This document shows, in pieces, positions 39,413-49,251 of a stretch of 64,000 bases of DNA; the first letter of the stretch is position 1, and the number at the start of each line of letters is the position of its first letter. The stretch is from Candidatus Undinarchaeales archaeon (GTDB lineage Archaea; SpSt-1190; JASMDC01): NCBI GenBank assembly GCA_030753015.1, contig JASMDC010000021.1, positions 1 through 64,000 of the forward strand. Reading direction: 5' to 3'. The position numbers and the translations under genes were made by a program. The notes below the pieces were generated by a model. The model was not told where the DNA came from, ran no database searches, and saw only the letters and a program-made list of their open reading frames with translations.

Positions 39413-39679
39413 CTATTCCTCGTCCGCATAGGTGCCCATGTGCATGTAGCGCAGGAGCACACCGACGCCGCGATAGTATACATAGCATGCGATGACCACC
39501 GCGACGTACCCTATCATGGCGGTCCGGAAGGTGACACCCATGCCAGAATCGAGGGATCGGACCACCGCGCGGTATACCGGGAACGCCAGCAGCACCATCC
39601 CTGCCAGCACGGCCAGTTCTAGACCGGTCGAATCCCCGGAGCCCTCTTCCGACACGACAGATGGACTGATGGTCCACAT
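39413..39679 (-). CDS. Small two-TM membrane protein
   Basis: Two hydrophobic helices; TATA-like box upstream. Confidence 0.5.
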   Translation of the reverse strand: MWTISPSVVSEEGSGDSTGLELAVLAGMVLLAFPVYRAVVRSLDSGMGVTFRTAMIGYVAVVIACYVYYRGVGVLLRYMHMGTYADEE

Positions 39680-39736
39680 CGTTTATATCGGTTCATTCGG
39701 GCGCGGGACACGTCGTACCAAGAGATATAAACGTCC

Positions 39737-41047
39737 ATGAAGCGTTCAATGATCGTGGACCGACAGGACGACCTCCGTTCCATAGGCAAGGATCTGAAGG
39801 TCGATGGACAGGGCACTGAGGTGCGGCGAGAGCTGTGCCTGCGCTGCAAGGGGGGCAAGCTCCTTTGCGGGAAGAGCCGGTGCCCCATCACCGCCCAGGC
39901 CTCGGCCCAATCGGACATCGCTCGCAAGCTGAGCAAGGACATCGCCTCGCCCAGCCCACCGGGGTTCTTCGTCGGTTGGAAGGGCTATCCCAAGGTGTCC
40001 CTGGGGCCCATGGGCCTGGCCGTTCCCCACGAGGACCCCTCGTTCCTGGACGATCCCGCCCGGTGGTACGGCGCCACCATCCAGGAGGTGGTCGGATTCC
40101 GGTCCCTGCTGGTCCGCTCACGTGAGTCGGTCGACATCCATGCCGCCCGCGATCCTCCGGCCACACTCCGCGATTATCAGGACCTGGTGCTCTCGTCACG
40201 GCCCGTTGATGTGGAGCTCCACCTGCGTCAAGTGCCAAGGTTCCACATCGCCTTCTCTGCCATCGCCCAGCCCATGGGGCCGTCGGCCGAGCTCAAGAGC
40301 TTCGACCTTGTGGGGAACCCCGCCGTCCCCCGGGCCGCCGACAAGGTGACCGGTGACACGGACCTCCGGGCCGAGGAGGGCGTTGCCAACCTCTTTGACG
40401 CTGGGATGGACGTGTACCATGTCCAGAAGGTGCTGTCGGCCGGGCTCTTGGGCCGCGGGAAGGACCGTACCCTCGTGCCCACCCGCTGGGCCATCACCGC
40501 GACAGACGACATCGTTGGCCGGGACCTCGCCGACCGCTTGCGTGACCTGCCGGAGCTCGACGAGGTGCTGCTCTTCTCCAACGAGTACATGGGCAACCAC
40601 TACGAGATAATCCTCATGCCCGGGCCACTGGAGTTCGAGCATCTGGAGTCGTGGGAGGGCGGAAGCGTGTGGGGCGCGGGCGACGGCTGGACGGTAGTAC
40701 AGGAGTACGAGCCCACCGAGGGCCGTACCAGTTATGCTGCCAAGCAGGGGGGCGGGTACTACGCGGCCCGCCTGGCGGTGTACGAGGCGCTGGTCCGCAT
40801 GGGACGCCAGGCGGTAGCCGTGGCCCTGCGGGAGATCGACAAGACCTACTACCTTCCCGTGGGAGTGTGGGAGGTGCGGGAGAACGTGCGGCGCGCCATG
40901 CAGGACGAGCCCGAACGGTTCCCTGACCTGAAGGCGGCCCTGGCCGCGGCGGCGCCGCGCACCGGTACCGGCCTTAAGCGCTGGGTGAGCGAATCCTCGA
41001 TCCTCAAGAACCGCCTGTACCAGCGGAGACTGACGTCTTTCTTCTAG
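39737..41047 (+). CDS. nreA: Archaeal DNA repair protein NreA
   Basis: CLRCKGGKLLCGKSRCP, SPPGFFVGWKGYPKV, LVPTRWAITATD, GGYYAARL, PVGVWEVRENVR and C-terminal PIP box QRRLTSFF. Confidence 0.95.
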   Translation: MKRSMIVDRQDDLRSIGKDLKVDGQGTEVRRELCLRCKGGKLLCGKSRCPITAQASAQSDIARKLSKDIASPSPPGFFVGWKGYPKVSLGPMGLAVPHEDPSFLDDPARWYGATIQEVVGFRSLLVRSRESVDIHAARDPPATLRDYQDLVLSSRPVDVELHLRQVPRFHIAFSAIAQPMGPSAELKSFDLVGNPAVPRAADKVTGDTDLRAEEGVANLFDAGMDVYHVQKVLSAGLLGRGKDRTLVPTRWAITATDDIVGRDLADRLRDLPELDEVLLFSNEYMGNHYEIILMPGPLEFEHLESWEGGSVWGAGDGWTVVQEYEPTEGRTSYAAKQGGGYYAARLAVYEALVRMGRQAVAVALREIDKTYYLPVGVWEVRENVRRAMQDEPERFPDLKAALAAAAPRTGTGLKRWVSESSILKNRLYQRRLTSFF

Positions 41048-41691
41048 CCCGGCGGCGGTGCCGCTCCCGGCGGGACCAGCACGATGTAGAGCCAGCTGAT
41101 CCACCAGTAGGGCGCTCCCGTGGCAATTAGGTTCGCCAGGAGGAGGAGGATGGCGGGCGCTGCCATGACAAGAGCTCGGACCGTCGAGATGGTGTGCACC
41201 TCCCGTAATCCTATCACGATCAGGACCACGAACCAGAGGGAGACGAGCACCTCCACCCCATCCGTCGGTGTCAGGCCCGGAGCAAGGACCCAAGGGACTG
41301 CGATACCGGCGACGGTCAGAAGGAGGGGGAAGAGGAGCGGTGTGGAGCCGTACATGTAGACCTTCATGCTCTCGGGGATGTCGGCGCCAGCGCCCACGAT
41401 GGCCCCGATCGCCTGGGAGAGACCGGCCAGCACGCCGTTGACGATGATGCCAACGAGGGGGGCGATGAAGATCAGCAGGACTACCTCGGGACGGTTCTCC
41501 AATCGGCCTGTGATATGAAGGCGGAGCAGGGTCATGACAAGGGCCAGGATGGCATAATACGGCACCACCCGGGTTATGGGCGTACCCAGCCCTATCTTGC
41601 GGAAGAACGGGACCGGTTTGAGCAGGACACCCATCAACCGGCCGTCCAGACCTAAGTCCTCGCTATCGAACACCTCCGACTGGTGCGACAT
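41044..41691 (-). CDS. Yip1-domain membrane protein, paralog 1
   Basis: LLKPVPFF, KVYMYGSTP and GLREVHTIS..RA pattern. Confidence 0.7.
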   Translation of the reverse strand: MSHQSEVFDSEDLGLDGRLMGVLLKPVPFFRKIGLGTPITRVVPYYAILALVMTLLRLHITGRLENRPEVVLLIFIAPLVGIIVNGVLAGLSQAIGAIVGAGADIPESMKVYMYGSTPLLFPLLLTVAGIAVPWVLAPGLTPTDGVEVLVSLWFVVLIVIGLREVHTISTVRALVMAAPAILLLLANLIATGAPYWWISWLYIVLVPPGAAPPPG

Positions 41692-41742
41692 GGGGCGGGG
41701 ATGAGGGTGAACCTTTTTGAAAGTGATGCCGAGGGCGCCAGG

Positions 41743-42363
41743 TCACACCCAGCCGAGCCAGAGGGTGGCAAGGGCCACGGGATCGGCGGTGATGATGACG
41801 AACAGCACGGCCGGCAGGGCCATGATAAGTGCGCGATAGGTAGGTATGGTGTGGACCTCTTTAAGCCCGATCAGGACGAGGACGGCCCACCACGCGGAGA
41901 AGAAGGCGGCGACCGCGTCCACGGTGAGCAGGTTCCCCGCCACGAAATCCCCCGGAGCGATGGGGAGGACAGCGCCCCCGGTGGCGTGGACCACAAAGAG
42001 GTAGGGGAGTGCGGGAGTGAATGCGTACAGATACACCTTGAGCGTCTCGCGCAGCCCCGCACCGGCACCCTGGATCGAGCCCAGCGCCTGGGAGAGGCAC
42101 GCGAGGAGTGCGTTGGCCGCCAGCGCGCCCACGGGTGCAAGGAGCATGGACAGAGCGGCCGAGTTTCCAGACATCCCAAGGACTCCCTGGGGATGGAACA
42201 CCGCTATGGCCCATACCAGGAGGGCATGGTAGGGCAGTACCCGCTTGAACGGAGTGTCGAGCCCGAGCCGATCGAAGAAGGCCACGGGCTGGAGAATGAG
42301 CCGCAGGAACCGCCGCTCCATGGACAGTTCCTCGGCGTCCCGCCTCCTCAGGTCACCCGTCAT
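41743..42363 (-). CDS. Yip1-domain membrane protein, paralog 2
   Basis: ILQPVAFF, KVYLYAFTP and GLKEVHTIP..RA; tandem paralog of 41044-41691. Confidence 0.7.
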   Translation of the reverse strand: MTGDLRRRDAEELSMERRFLRLILQPVAFFDRLGLDTPFKRVLPYHALLVWAIAVFHPQGVLGMSGNSAALSMLLAPVGALAANALLACLSQALGSIQGAGAGLRETLKVYLYAFTPALPYLFVVHATGGAVLPIAPGDFVAGNLLTVDAVAAFFSAWWAVLVLIGLKEVHTIPTYRALIMALPAVLFVIITADPVALATLWLGWV

Positions 42364-42748
42364 CGGGCTTTCCTAAGGCCTCAAGATATTTATGCGACGC
42401 GTTGGCCGCAGAGGCTTCAGAGGCAGGATGCGGCCATGGCGGCCGATAACACCGTGATCACCAGCAACGGTGTGAGCTCGATGATCGTCATGTCCATCTC
42501 GTCCACGGGCATCGCCTGGGATTCCATCAGTAAGTATTGCTCATTGTCGTTCGCGCGATATATCGTTCTGCAGGGCGGCGTGCCGGTATCCTTGGCAGGC
42601 CCGTACGGCGTTCAGCCCTGTACGGACCACTTCTGAATCCTCCCTGCTCTCCACGTCGGGGACATCCTCGATGGTAGAAAGAAAAGGGGGGGGGGACGGC
42701 GGGTGGGGGCCGCCGCCCCGGGGAAGTGGTGGTTGAGGCAAAGGCAGT

Positions 42749-43567
42749 TCAGGGTGCGATGGTTTCTATGGCCACCGTCTCCACGACGACCGGTGCGTCC
42801 TCGGCACAGGCGCCGTCAGTGTATTGGGCCACCGCGTCGTTCGCACACGCGGTGCACCAGTTGGGATAGGTGCTCCCGTCAGAGGCGCACACGGGGCGGT
42901 ACTCGCGGGTGCACGCCAAGCGGCGGGGTTCGGCGCAGACCGTTACGCTAGTGACCTCGATCTCCTCGGTGAAGGTCCGCCCGCCAGCGCTGCGGCACTG
43001 GCGCGGGTAGCTCTCCATCGCGGGATTGCCTGCGGCTATGCACTCCTCGAACGAGTCGATCTCCTCCTGGCACTCGCCGGGGAGGTACCACTCGGTGGTC
43101 GCGCTCGCGCACGCACCGCACTTGTTGCCGTAGGTCACACCGTCAGAGCCGCAAACGGGAGTGTAGTCCGCGGTGCAGGCAACTGGGCCGGTGGGCTTGG
43201 GGCCTATGCAATTCACGGCTTCGGCCTTGTCCTCGACGCATTCGCCGGGGATGTGCCACTCGACGGACTCGCTGCCGCAGGCCCCGCAGGCGTTGCCGTA
43301 GGTCTTCCCGTCGGAACCGCACACGGGGCGGTAGTCAGCTGTGCAGATCAGGGAGCGCGGCTCCTCGCAGTACTCTTTGTCGGAATCGCCCTCGTCCGGA
43401 GCGGGTGTCGGTTTCTCCAGCCCGATGGCCGGTTCCTCCGGCCCGTCGGCAGGTAGTTGTGGTCTCAGGCCCTCTCGGGCCATGGTCGCTGTGGCCGCGG
43501 CTATAAGTAGCACCGCTACGATACCGATGGCCAGTCGGTAGGTTCCCTTCTCGCTTTCATGTAGCAT
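42749..43567 (-). CDS. Membrane-anchored protein with three Kazal-type serine protease inhibitor domains
   Basis: Three CT(A/R)(D/E)YxPVCxSDGxTYxNxCxAC...GxC repeats plus an SFEECIAAGNPAMESYPRQC module; N-terminal TM. Confidence 0.88.
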   Translation of the reverse strand: MLHESEKGTYRLAIGIVAVLLIAAATATMAREGLRPQLPADGPEEPAIGLEKPTPAPDEGDSDKEYCEEPRSLICTADYRPVCGSDGKTYGNACGACGSESVEWHIPGECVEDKAEAVNCIGPKPTGPVACTADYTPVCGSDGVTYGNKCGACASATTEWYLPGECQEEIDSFEECIAAGNPAMESYPRQCRSAGGRTFTEEIEVTSVTVCAEPRRLACTREYRPVCASDGSTYPNWCTACANDAVAQYTDGACAEDAPVVVETVAIETIAP

Positions 43568-43958
43568 CTCGCTTCACCTACAAGTACGAAGTCGTTCGGA
43601 GCTTTTTAACCGGACAGTTTTTTTATGGTCACTTCCCAAGAAAAAAAACGCCATACCATAATCCCGTCTCTATTGTATATGTTGTATAGTCAGAACGTAT
43701 TTGAACCGTCGGTCGCTCCTTTTCTACAGGGATAGGGGTATGTCCACCCTCCATGAGCTTCTGGAACTTGTCACAAGACGGGCGACCATCGTCCGGATGG
43801 CAAAACCGATCAGCGACTTCATCCAGCTCGAGATCGACCGACAGAAAGCTATTGCGTTCTACGCCGTGCTCGCGCGTCGGTGCGGTGTCGGGTACGCGTG
43901 GATCGCAGCCCACGTGAGTGCCGGAGAAGCCTTCACCGGTCCGGATGTGTGAGACCGC

Positions 43959-44201
43959 TCACGCTTTGCGTGGCCGGATGGGGATGGCGCCCCCGGTGAA
44001 CCGGGCCGCCTCGAATGCGTCAACGATCTCGCCCGACAGCACCTCGTGGACCTCCTTATCGGTGAGCGGCCGCTCGTTGTGCTTGAGGTCGATGTCCCCG
44101 GTGTTGAGCCCCCGGAGGATGCGATACACCAGCTCCTGCATGTCCGGCGGGTCACCCCACCGCTCACCGTCGGGCCAGCCGATCATGTCATCGTCGGTCA
44201 T
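43959..44201 (-). CDS. Small hypothetical protein
   Basis: 80-aa ORF with GAGGGG upstream and a TATA-like box. Confidence 0.4.
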   Translation of the reverse strand: MTDDDMIGWPDGERWGDPPDMQELVYRILRGLNTGDIDLKHNERPLTDKEVHEVLSGEIVDAFEAARFTGGAIPIRPRKA

Positions 44202-44294
44202 CCGTTGTTCCCCTCACACATAATCCTAACCATAACCTATATATACCGCCTCTCGTGCCGAACTCCCTCACCCACAGTAGGGACAGTGCGAACA

Positions 44295-46022
44295 ATGGCC
44301 TATTCATTGGACACTATCGAGATCACCCAGGACAACCAGGAGTGGGCGGAGCGCCTGGGAATGGACCCGGCCTTCGAGGAGCTCCTGTACTCGTCCGGGG
44401 GTCTGAAGGGTGATGTCCACTTCAACGTCCTCTACTCCACCGACGGCCCGCGCTCCGATCCTACCATCCGCGGCTACCTGGCCACGTTCTCCAGTGAGAA
44501 CGGAAAGGAGAGCATCAGTCTCTACAAGCCTATGAGCGTCGAAGAGGGCGAGGACGCCTACAGCAAAGGGGACATCGAGAGCATCCGCGTCGGGAAGAAC
44601 AAGGCCGCATTCTACGGTACTTCCCAAGAAACGGTCCCCCTGAACGTCATGGAACTGAACGCTCCCAAGGTGTACACGGCCACAAAGGAACAGGGTGTCG
44701 AGGACCGGCTGCTCGACCTCCTCTACAAGCCCATGGAAGGTGAGCAGAGCCTAGGCGAGGTCATGAGCGGCATGGGAGCGTCCGACCGCTACATGGAGTC
44801 GCTGTCGACGTTCTTCGAGATGGATGGTAACACCACCGTCCATGCATACGAGCAGAAAGAGCTCAAGTTCTTCCAGAAACTCGGGCACTACGTTGACATC
44901 CTCAAGAGGGACGACGAGTACCGCACCCTCCAGATCTCCGAGTTCATCGGCGAGGGGGCCGAGGGCATGCTCAACGGGCTCGTCACCGGTCTCATCTTCT
45001 CACAGGGCGCCATCTACGGCCTGGCCGGTGCCATGGGCATCATGAGCAAGTTCGTCCCCAAGGTCACCATGAGCCTCGTTGCTCCCATCTGGGGCAGCAA
45101 GGTCGATGAGGCGCGACAGAAGGAGAACAGCCTCGAGGAGTTGCGCGCGGTGGAGCGCGTGCGCGAGGTCGGGTTCTCATGCGCCAACGGGACCTTGAAG
45201 GTGCTCATGCAGCCAGAGGTCATCAAGCCCCTGAGCAAGTTCGTGCCTGCCGCCGGGGCCTTGGGCACCATCTTCGCTGCCGAGCAACTCACCCTTGCGG
45301 TCAAGGACGCCGGGTCCCCCAAGACCCAGGTGGCCATCCGCGAGGAGCTCATCCAGAACAATCCCGAGTACCAGAAGGAGGGATATGACCGCGAGCTCTT
45401 CCAGATGATAGGTACCGAGGAGACAGTCTCCTACGCCACCCACATGGTGGCCGCCGGTGCCGGACTGGCCATCTCGGCCATGTTCCCTGAGGTCGTGTTC
45501 CCCCTCTCGCTCGGAGCGCTTGGCGCATGGTACGTGGGCAAGAGCCTGTGGACCTGCTACAAGCACAATCCCGACGTGCAGTTCGAGGTCAACGCCAACG
45601 AGCACCTGCCCACCGCCAATGGCATCGAGCTCGACAATGGGTACATGCTCGACTTTGAGAAGGTGGGCGAGGAAGGGCTCGAACCCATGGAGGACCTTCT
45701 GCAGGTGAACGAGGTAGCCTCTAGAGCGAAGGTCAAGCTGACCATCGACAAGGCAGAGGGCGACTGGGGCGTGCACATCTCGCCGCGCGAAGGTGAGGAG
45801 CACGAGCTGGGGCACAAGCGCAAGCTGTTCGACCGAGGGTTCCTCAAGCACCTGCTGGGTAACCGCACCATGAAGGAGCAGTACAACCTCGACAACGAGA
45901 TGTTCGTGCAGCGGTTCAACAAGAAGGTCGACCTGAAGTCACTGGAGCTTGCGGACGGCACGTACCTATTCGGTACCGAGGGATATCTCAAGGCCTACCA
46001 GGACCGCGAAGAAATCGCCTGA
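44295..46022 (+). CDS. Hypothetical protein with central hydrophobic helices
   Basis: 575-aa ORF with strong GC3 bias; no recognised motif. Confidence 0.65.
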   Translation: MAYSLDTIEITQDNQEWAERLGMDPAFEELLYSSGGLKGDVHFNVLYSTDGPRSDPTIRGYLATFSSENGKESISLYKPMSVEEGEDAYSKGDIESIRVGKNKAAFYGTSQETVPLNVMELNAPKVYTATKEQGVEDRLLDLLYKPMEGEQSLGEVMSGMGASDRYMESLSTFFEMDGNTTVHAYEQKELKFFQKLGHYVDILKRDDEYRTLQISEFIGEGAEGMLNGLVTGLIFSQGAIYGLAGAMGIMSKFVPKVTMSLVAPIWGSKVDEARQKENSLEELRAVERVREVGFSCANGTLKVLMQPEVIKPLSKFVPAAGALGTIFAAEQLTLAVKDAGSPKTQVAIREELIQNNPEYQKEGYDRELFQMIGTEETVSYATHMVAAGAGLAISAMFPEVVFPLSLGALGAWYVGKSLWTCYKHNPDVQFEVNANEHLPTANGIELDNGYMLDFEKVGEEGLEPMEDLLQVNEVASRAKVKLTIDKAEGDWGVHISPREGEEHELGHKRKLFDRGFLKHLLGNRTMKEQYNLDNEMFVQRFNKKVDLKSLELADGTYLFGTEGYLKAYQDREEIA

Positions 46023-46023
46023 G

Positions 46024-46992
46024 CTACTTAGTCAGCAGCTCGGTCAACCGCTTCGTCACCACGTCGAGCTCTTCTGTCGACGTTATACCACCAACGGCAT
46101 CGGGGTGGCCGCCGCATGACGAGAATCCTGCCTCGGTCAGCAGCTCAACGAGATTTATGTCCTTGCGGGTGGTGCGTGCCGAGAGGGGGACGGGTTCGAG
46201 CGAGGTGTTGTACACGAGGATGATCCACCCCTTCATCCGCCAGCGTAGGATGCTGGACACACGGCTACTGAGGTTGAGGTCGGAGTGGATATCATAGAAC
46301 ATGAGTCGCTGGTCCTCGTGCTTGTCCCCGTTCTTCTTGACGTCCGAGATGAGCCTCCGCGTCTCCTGCTCGATGGTGCGATCGTAGCCTTTAAGGGTGC
46401 GTGCACCAGGGGTCCGGCCCTCGGCCATCTCCCGGGGCGAGCTGGCCGACCTCAGCGCGTCCAATGCCACCCGAGCACCATCCCTTCCCTTAAGGTTCTT
46501 GCCGGAGTTGAGCATACCCATGATGCTCCGCGCCAGTCGCAGATCGCCCCTGGGGAACGCCCTGCGGCAGTAATCCTCGCCCTTGTCACCTCGTGTACCC
46601 GCGCAGGCGATCCATGCAGGACCACCAAGCAGCCGATGGACGGCCAGGCTGACAGGTTCCTTCCGCTGGATGAAGGCGATGCCGTCGGGCGGTGCATCGC
46701 GCTGGTGGTGGTCGACGACCAGCACATCGGCGGAGCAGGCAAGGTAGGCCATGGCGCCGGGCTGCAGCCCTCCCACGTCGACCACGAGCACACGGTCGGG
46801 ATTGGCCTCAAGGACCTCCTCGGCCACCTCGTCGTCCAGCTGGTTGCCGCAGGGTACGAACAAGTCCACGTCGGTTTCATGCCCCACCAGGGCAGCGGCA
46901 CAGATGCCGTCTGCGTCCCAGTGGTACACCACGACCAGCGGACCGCCCGCATCGAGGAATGACCGCAGCTCGTCCTTGTCGCTCACGACCAT
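46024..46992 (-). CDS. DHH-family phosphoesterase (RecJ-like)
   Basis: HWDADG, VVD, DHH and DHHA1 GGHPDAVG motifs. Confidence 0.88.
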   Translation of the reverse strand: MVVSDKDELRSFLDAGGPLVVVYHWDADGICAAALVGHETDVDLFVPCGNQLDDEVAEEVLEANPDRVLVVDVGGLQPGAMAYLACSADVLVVDHHQRDAPPDGIAFIQRKEPVSLAVHRLLGGPAWIACAGTRGDKGEDYCRRAFPRGDLRLARSIMGMLNSGKNLKGRDGARVALDALRSASSPREMAEGRTPGARTLKGYDRTIEQETRRLISDVKKNGDKHEDQRLMFYDIHSDLNLSSRVSSILRWRMKGWIILVYNTSLEPVPLSARTTRKDINLVELLTEAGFSSCGGHPDAVGGITSTEELDVVTKRLTELLTK

Positions 46993-47555
46993 CCCTCCAG
47001 TTCACGCTCGAGCCGACCGAGTCGGAGTTCCGCCCGTTCACGTAACCGGTTCGCCTCCTCGGTCACGGCGCGGACGTAGCCCTCGTCGGCCAGTGGCGTC
47101 CCGTTACGGATCAGGGGCAGCGCCATGGTCTCGGTGGAGCGTACCTCTACAACCGGGTGATGCCCGAGCCCCTTCACGCCGCTCGACTTGTGGCCCGCGG
47201 ACAGCGCCCGGTCGAGCAGGCGCTTGGCCACTTCCAGGTCACGGCAGGTCACGTGGAGGATGGCCCCCTGGACGAACAGCCAGACGGGGCCTGCGGGTGG
47301 CGGAGAGAGGACGATAGTAAGCTCATCTGTGCCCACGGGACCATGCCACTTACCCAGCCACCGGGAAGAGCGCTTACGGTCCTCATCAGGCACCTCCATG
47401 AGCGCGATGCGCCCGGCGCACGAGCTGGTGGTGAACGTGCCGGTCCCGGTGTTGACGAGGTCGACGACAGCCATGGCACCGGGATCGGTCGATCCCTCCT
47501 GTTTCGCGACCGCGAGCTTGCGCAGCGCGGCCTCCTTCTCTTGTGCGAAGCTCAC
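46983..47555 (-). CDS. taw3: tRNA wyosine-pathway methyltransferase Taw3/TYW3
   Basis: TTSSCAGRI, WLGKWH, ILHV and SGVK motifs. Confidence 0.92.
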   Translation of the reverse strand: MSFAQEKEAALRKLAVAKQEGSTDPGAMAVVDLVNTGTGTFTTSSCAGRIALMEVPDEDRKRSSRWLGKWHGPVGTDELTIVLSPPPAGPVWLFVQGAILHVTCRDLEVAKRLLDRALSAGHKSSGVKGLGHHPVVEVRSTETMALPLIRNGTPLADEGYVRAVTEEANRLRERAELRLGRLERELEGWS

Positions 47556-47565
47556 GACAGCACCG

Positions 47566-48096
47566 TTACTCGTCCTTCTTCACGCCTTCGTCAAGGAAGA
47601 TGCCCGAGTACGCTTGTGACTCTTTCGTGTGGTGGAACACGATCTGGACTATACGGGCGTCATCCTCCAGGAACAGGTCACGGTGGGCCACGAGCCCGAA
47701 CTGGAGCCGGCCGCGGTAGCCGGGATCCACCCAGGCGTTTGTGGCGGTGCCACCCATACGGATGAGCGAGGATCGGGGCTTGAACTGGGCCACGAGGTCG
47801 CGGGGCATGTTGATGATCTCGGCGACGCGCACGAGGTAGTAGCCGCCCTTCTCGAGCTTCCATCCGCTACCCGCCCGCTTGAGGGGCCGAGTACCGGGGA
47901 TGCGCCGCTTGTTGTTGGTGAAATCTAGATGGCCCATGGAGAGCACGTCAGCGAACTCCTCCACCTCGGACAGTCTCAGGTCGAACCCAGCGCTCTGGAG
48001 CTGGACATCGATGTCCCGATAGTCAATGATGAGTTCGTTCGCCTCGATGAGGTCGCGAATCTCCTGGCCCGAGAGGGCGCCGATATGATGGGTCAT
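47566..48096 (-). CDS. dcd: dCTP deaminase / dUTPase family protein
   Basis: LQSAGFDLRL, PRSSLIRMG, VDPGYRG and RIVQIVF motifs. Confidence 0.88.
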   Translation of the reverse strand: MTHHIGALSGQEIRDLIEANELIIDYRDIDVQLQSAGFDLRLSEVEEFADVLSMGHLDFTNNKRRIPGTRPLKRAGSGWKLEKGGYYLVRVAEIINMPRDLVAQFKPRSSLIRMGGTATNAWVDPGYRGRLQFGLVAHRDLFLEDDARIVQIVFHHTKESQAYSGIFLDEGVKKDE

Positions 48097-48166
48097 GGGT
48101 GCTCTCGCACGGGGGAAGGGGCAGAACATTTAAATCTCTCCGCCACCGGTTCCGCCGTTGAGGGCG

Positions 48167-48598
48167 ATGGACAGCGAGCATCACTACTGGACCTACTGGG
48201 TGCACAGGATACAGGAGCTCTGGCGCAGCCACGAGACGCTGGAGAAGCGCGTGGCTGAGCTGGAGAAGCTGGTCGCCGGACAGAGCGGCGTCAAGCTGCA
48301 GACACCGTCGCCCGCCACGGCAGGCGCAGACCAGCCCACTGAGAGCGGTGCGCCACCGGAGCCTTCCGGTGAGCCCTTGAAGGAGATGGAGCTGACCGCG
48401 TGCATGGGCCTCAGGGAACTGGGCGGTGATGCATCCATCCACGAGATCAACGCCCAGCTCGCTAAGAGCCGCTCAATCAAGGAGGATGCGAAGACGACCC
48501 TTATGCGACTCCGTGGCGCCGTCCAGAAGGGCTACATCGCCATGGACCCCGAGTCCAAGCGGTTCAAGCTCCTCAGGGACACCTTCGTGGTGGGCTGA
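48167..48598 (+). CDS. Hypothetical protein: short coiled coil plus winged-helix-like domain
   Basis: LEKRVAELEK coil; ASIHEI...LMRLRGAVQKGYI...RFKL resembles a wHTH. Confidence 0.55.
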   Translation: MDSEHHYWTYWVHRIQELWRSHETLEKRVAELEKLVAGQSGVKLQTPSPATAGADQPTESGAPPEPSGEPLKEMELTACMGLRELGGDASIHEINAQLAKSRSIKEDAKTTLMRLRGAVQKGYIAMDPESKRFKLLRDTFVVG

Positions 48599-48600
48599 TC

Positions 48601-49182
48601 GTGGGTACTTCCGCGGACAAATCCGTACAGGACGGGCCCGCGGACCTGACGGCGGTCGTCCACGGTGCAACGGTCACAGTGCGCGACGCAGCCCTCTCCG
48701 AGGAACTCCACGGGAAGGGCTCCTTCGGTTGGTTCCAGGACTCGCCGTCGCTGGTGCTCTCCCTCTCGGAGGCCCACTTCCTCCTGGAGCGTGAGCGCAT
48801 CGAGGTGGTGGACGAGAAGGGGGAAAAGCTCGATATCGACGGGCTCGTGCGTCACGCATCGACGGTAGAGGAGGACTTCTTTCTGCGCTACCGCGTATAC
48901 CGTGACCTCAGGGTCCGCGGGTACGTGGTGAAGTCCGGGCTGAAGTATGGCACCCATTTCCGTGTTTACGAGCGAGGGATCCGCCCGCGCAAGGGCCGCC
49001 GATCGGTCCAAGAGCACGCCAAGTTCCTTGTGCACGCCACATCGGAGAGCTATCAGTGCTCGGTGCCCGAGCTCACCCGCCTTGTGCGCCTGGCCCACTC
49101 GGTAAAGAAGCGAATCTGGATGGGTGTGGTCGACTCCGAGGGGGACGTCACCTACCTCCAGGTCATCCGGGTGACGCCGTAA
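48601..49182 (+). CDS. endA: tRNA-intron endonuclease
   Basis: LSLSEAHFL, YRVYRDLRVRGY, SGLKYGTHFRVY, H, RLAHSVKK and VDSEGDVTY motifs. Confidence 0.95.
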   Translation: MGTSADKSVQDGPADLTAVVHGATVTVRDAALSEELHGKGSFGWFQDSPSLVLSLSEAHFLLERERIEVVDEKGEKLDIDGLVRHASTVEEDFFLRYRVYRDLRVRGYVVKSGLKYGTHFRVYERGIRPRKGRRSVQEHAKFLVHATSESYQCSVPELTRLVRLAHSVKKRIWMGVVDSEGDVTYLQVIRVTP

Positions 49183-49229
49183 CGTCCAGTGTTTAAGATA
49201 CTGCGACTGGGGTCATGGATGGCGGGAGG

Positions 49230-49251
49230 GTACTAAAGCATGCTTTAGTAC
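49230..49251. repeat. 22-bp perfect palindrome GTACTAAAGCATGCTTTAGTAC, copy 2
   Basis: Identical to 10555-10576; perfect symmetry extends to 24 bp here (49229-49252). Confidence 0.95.

Noticed and set aside
42686-42725. G10 tract and G-rich hairpin as a phase-variation or G-quadruplex element
   Set aside because: It lies downstream of the Kazal gene and not in a confident CDS or promoter; more likely a terminator-like or low-complexity sequence.
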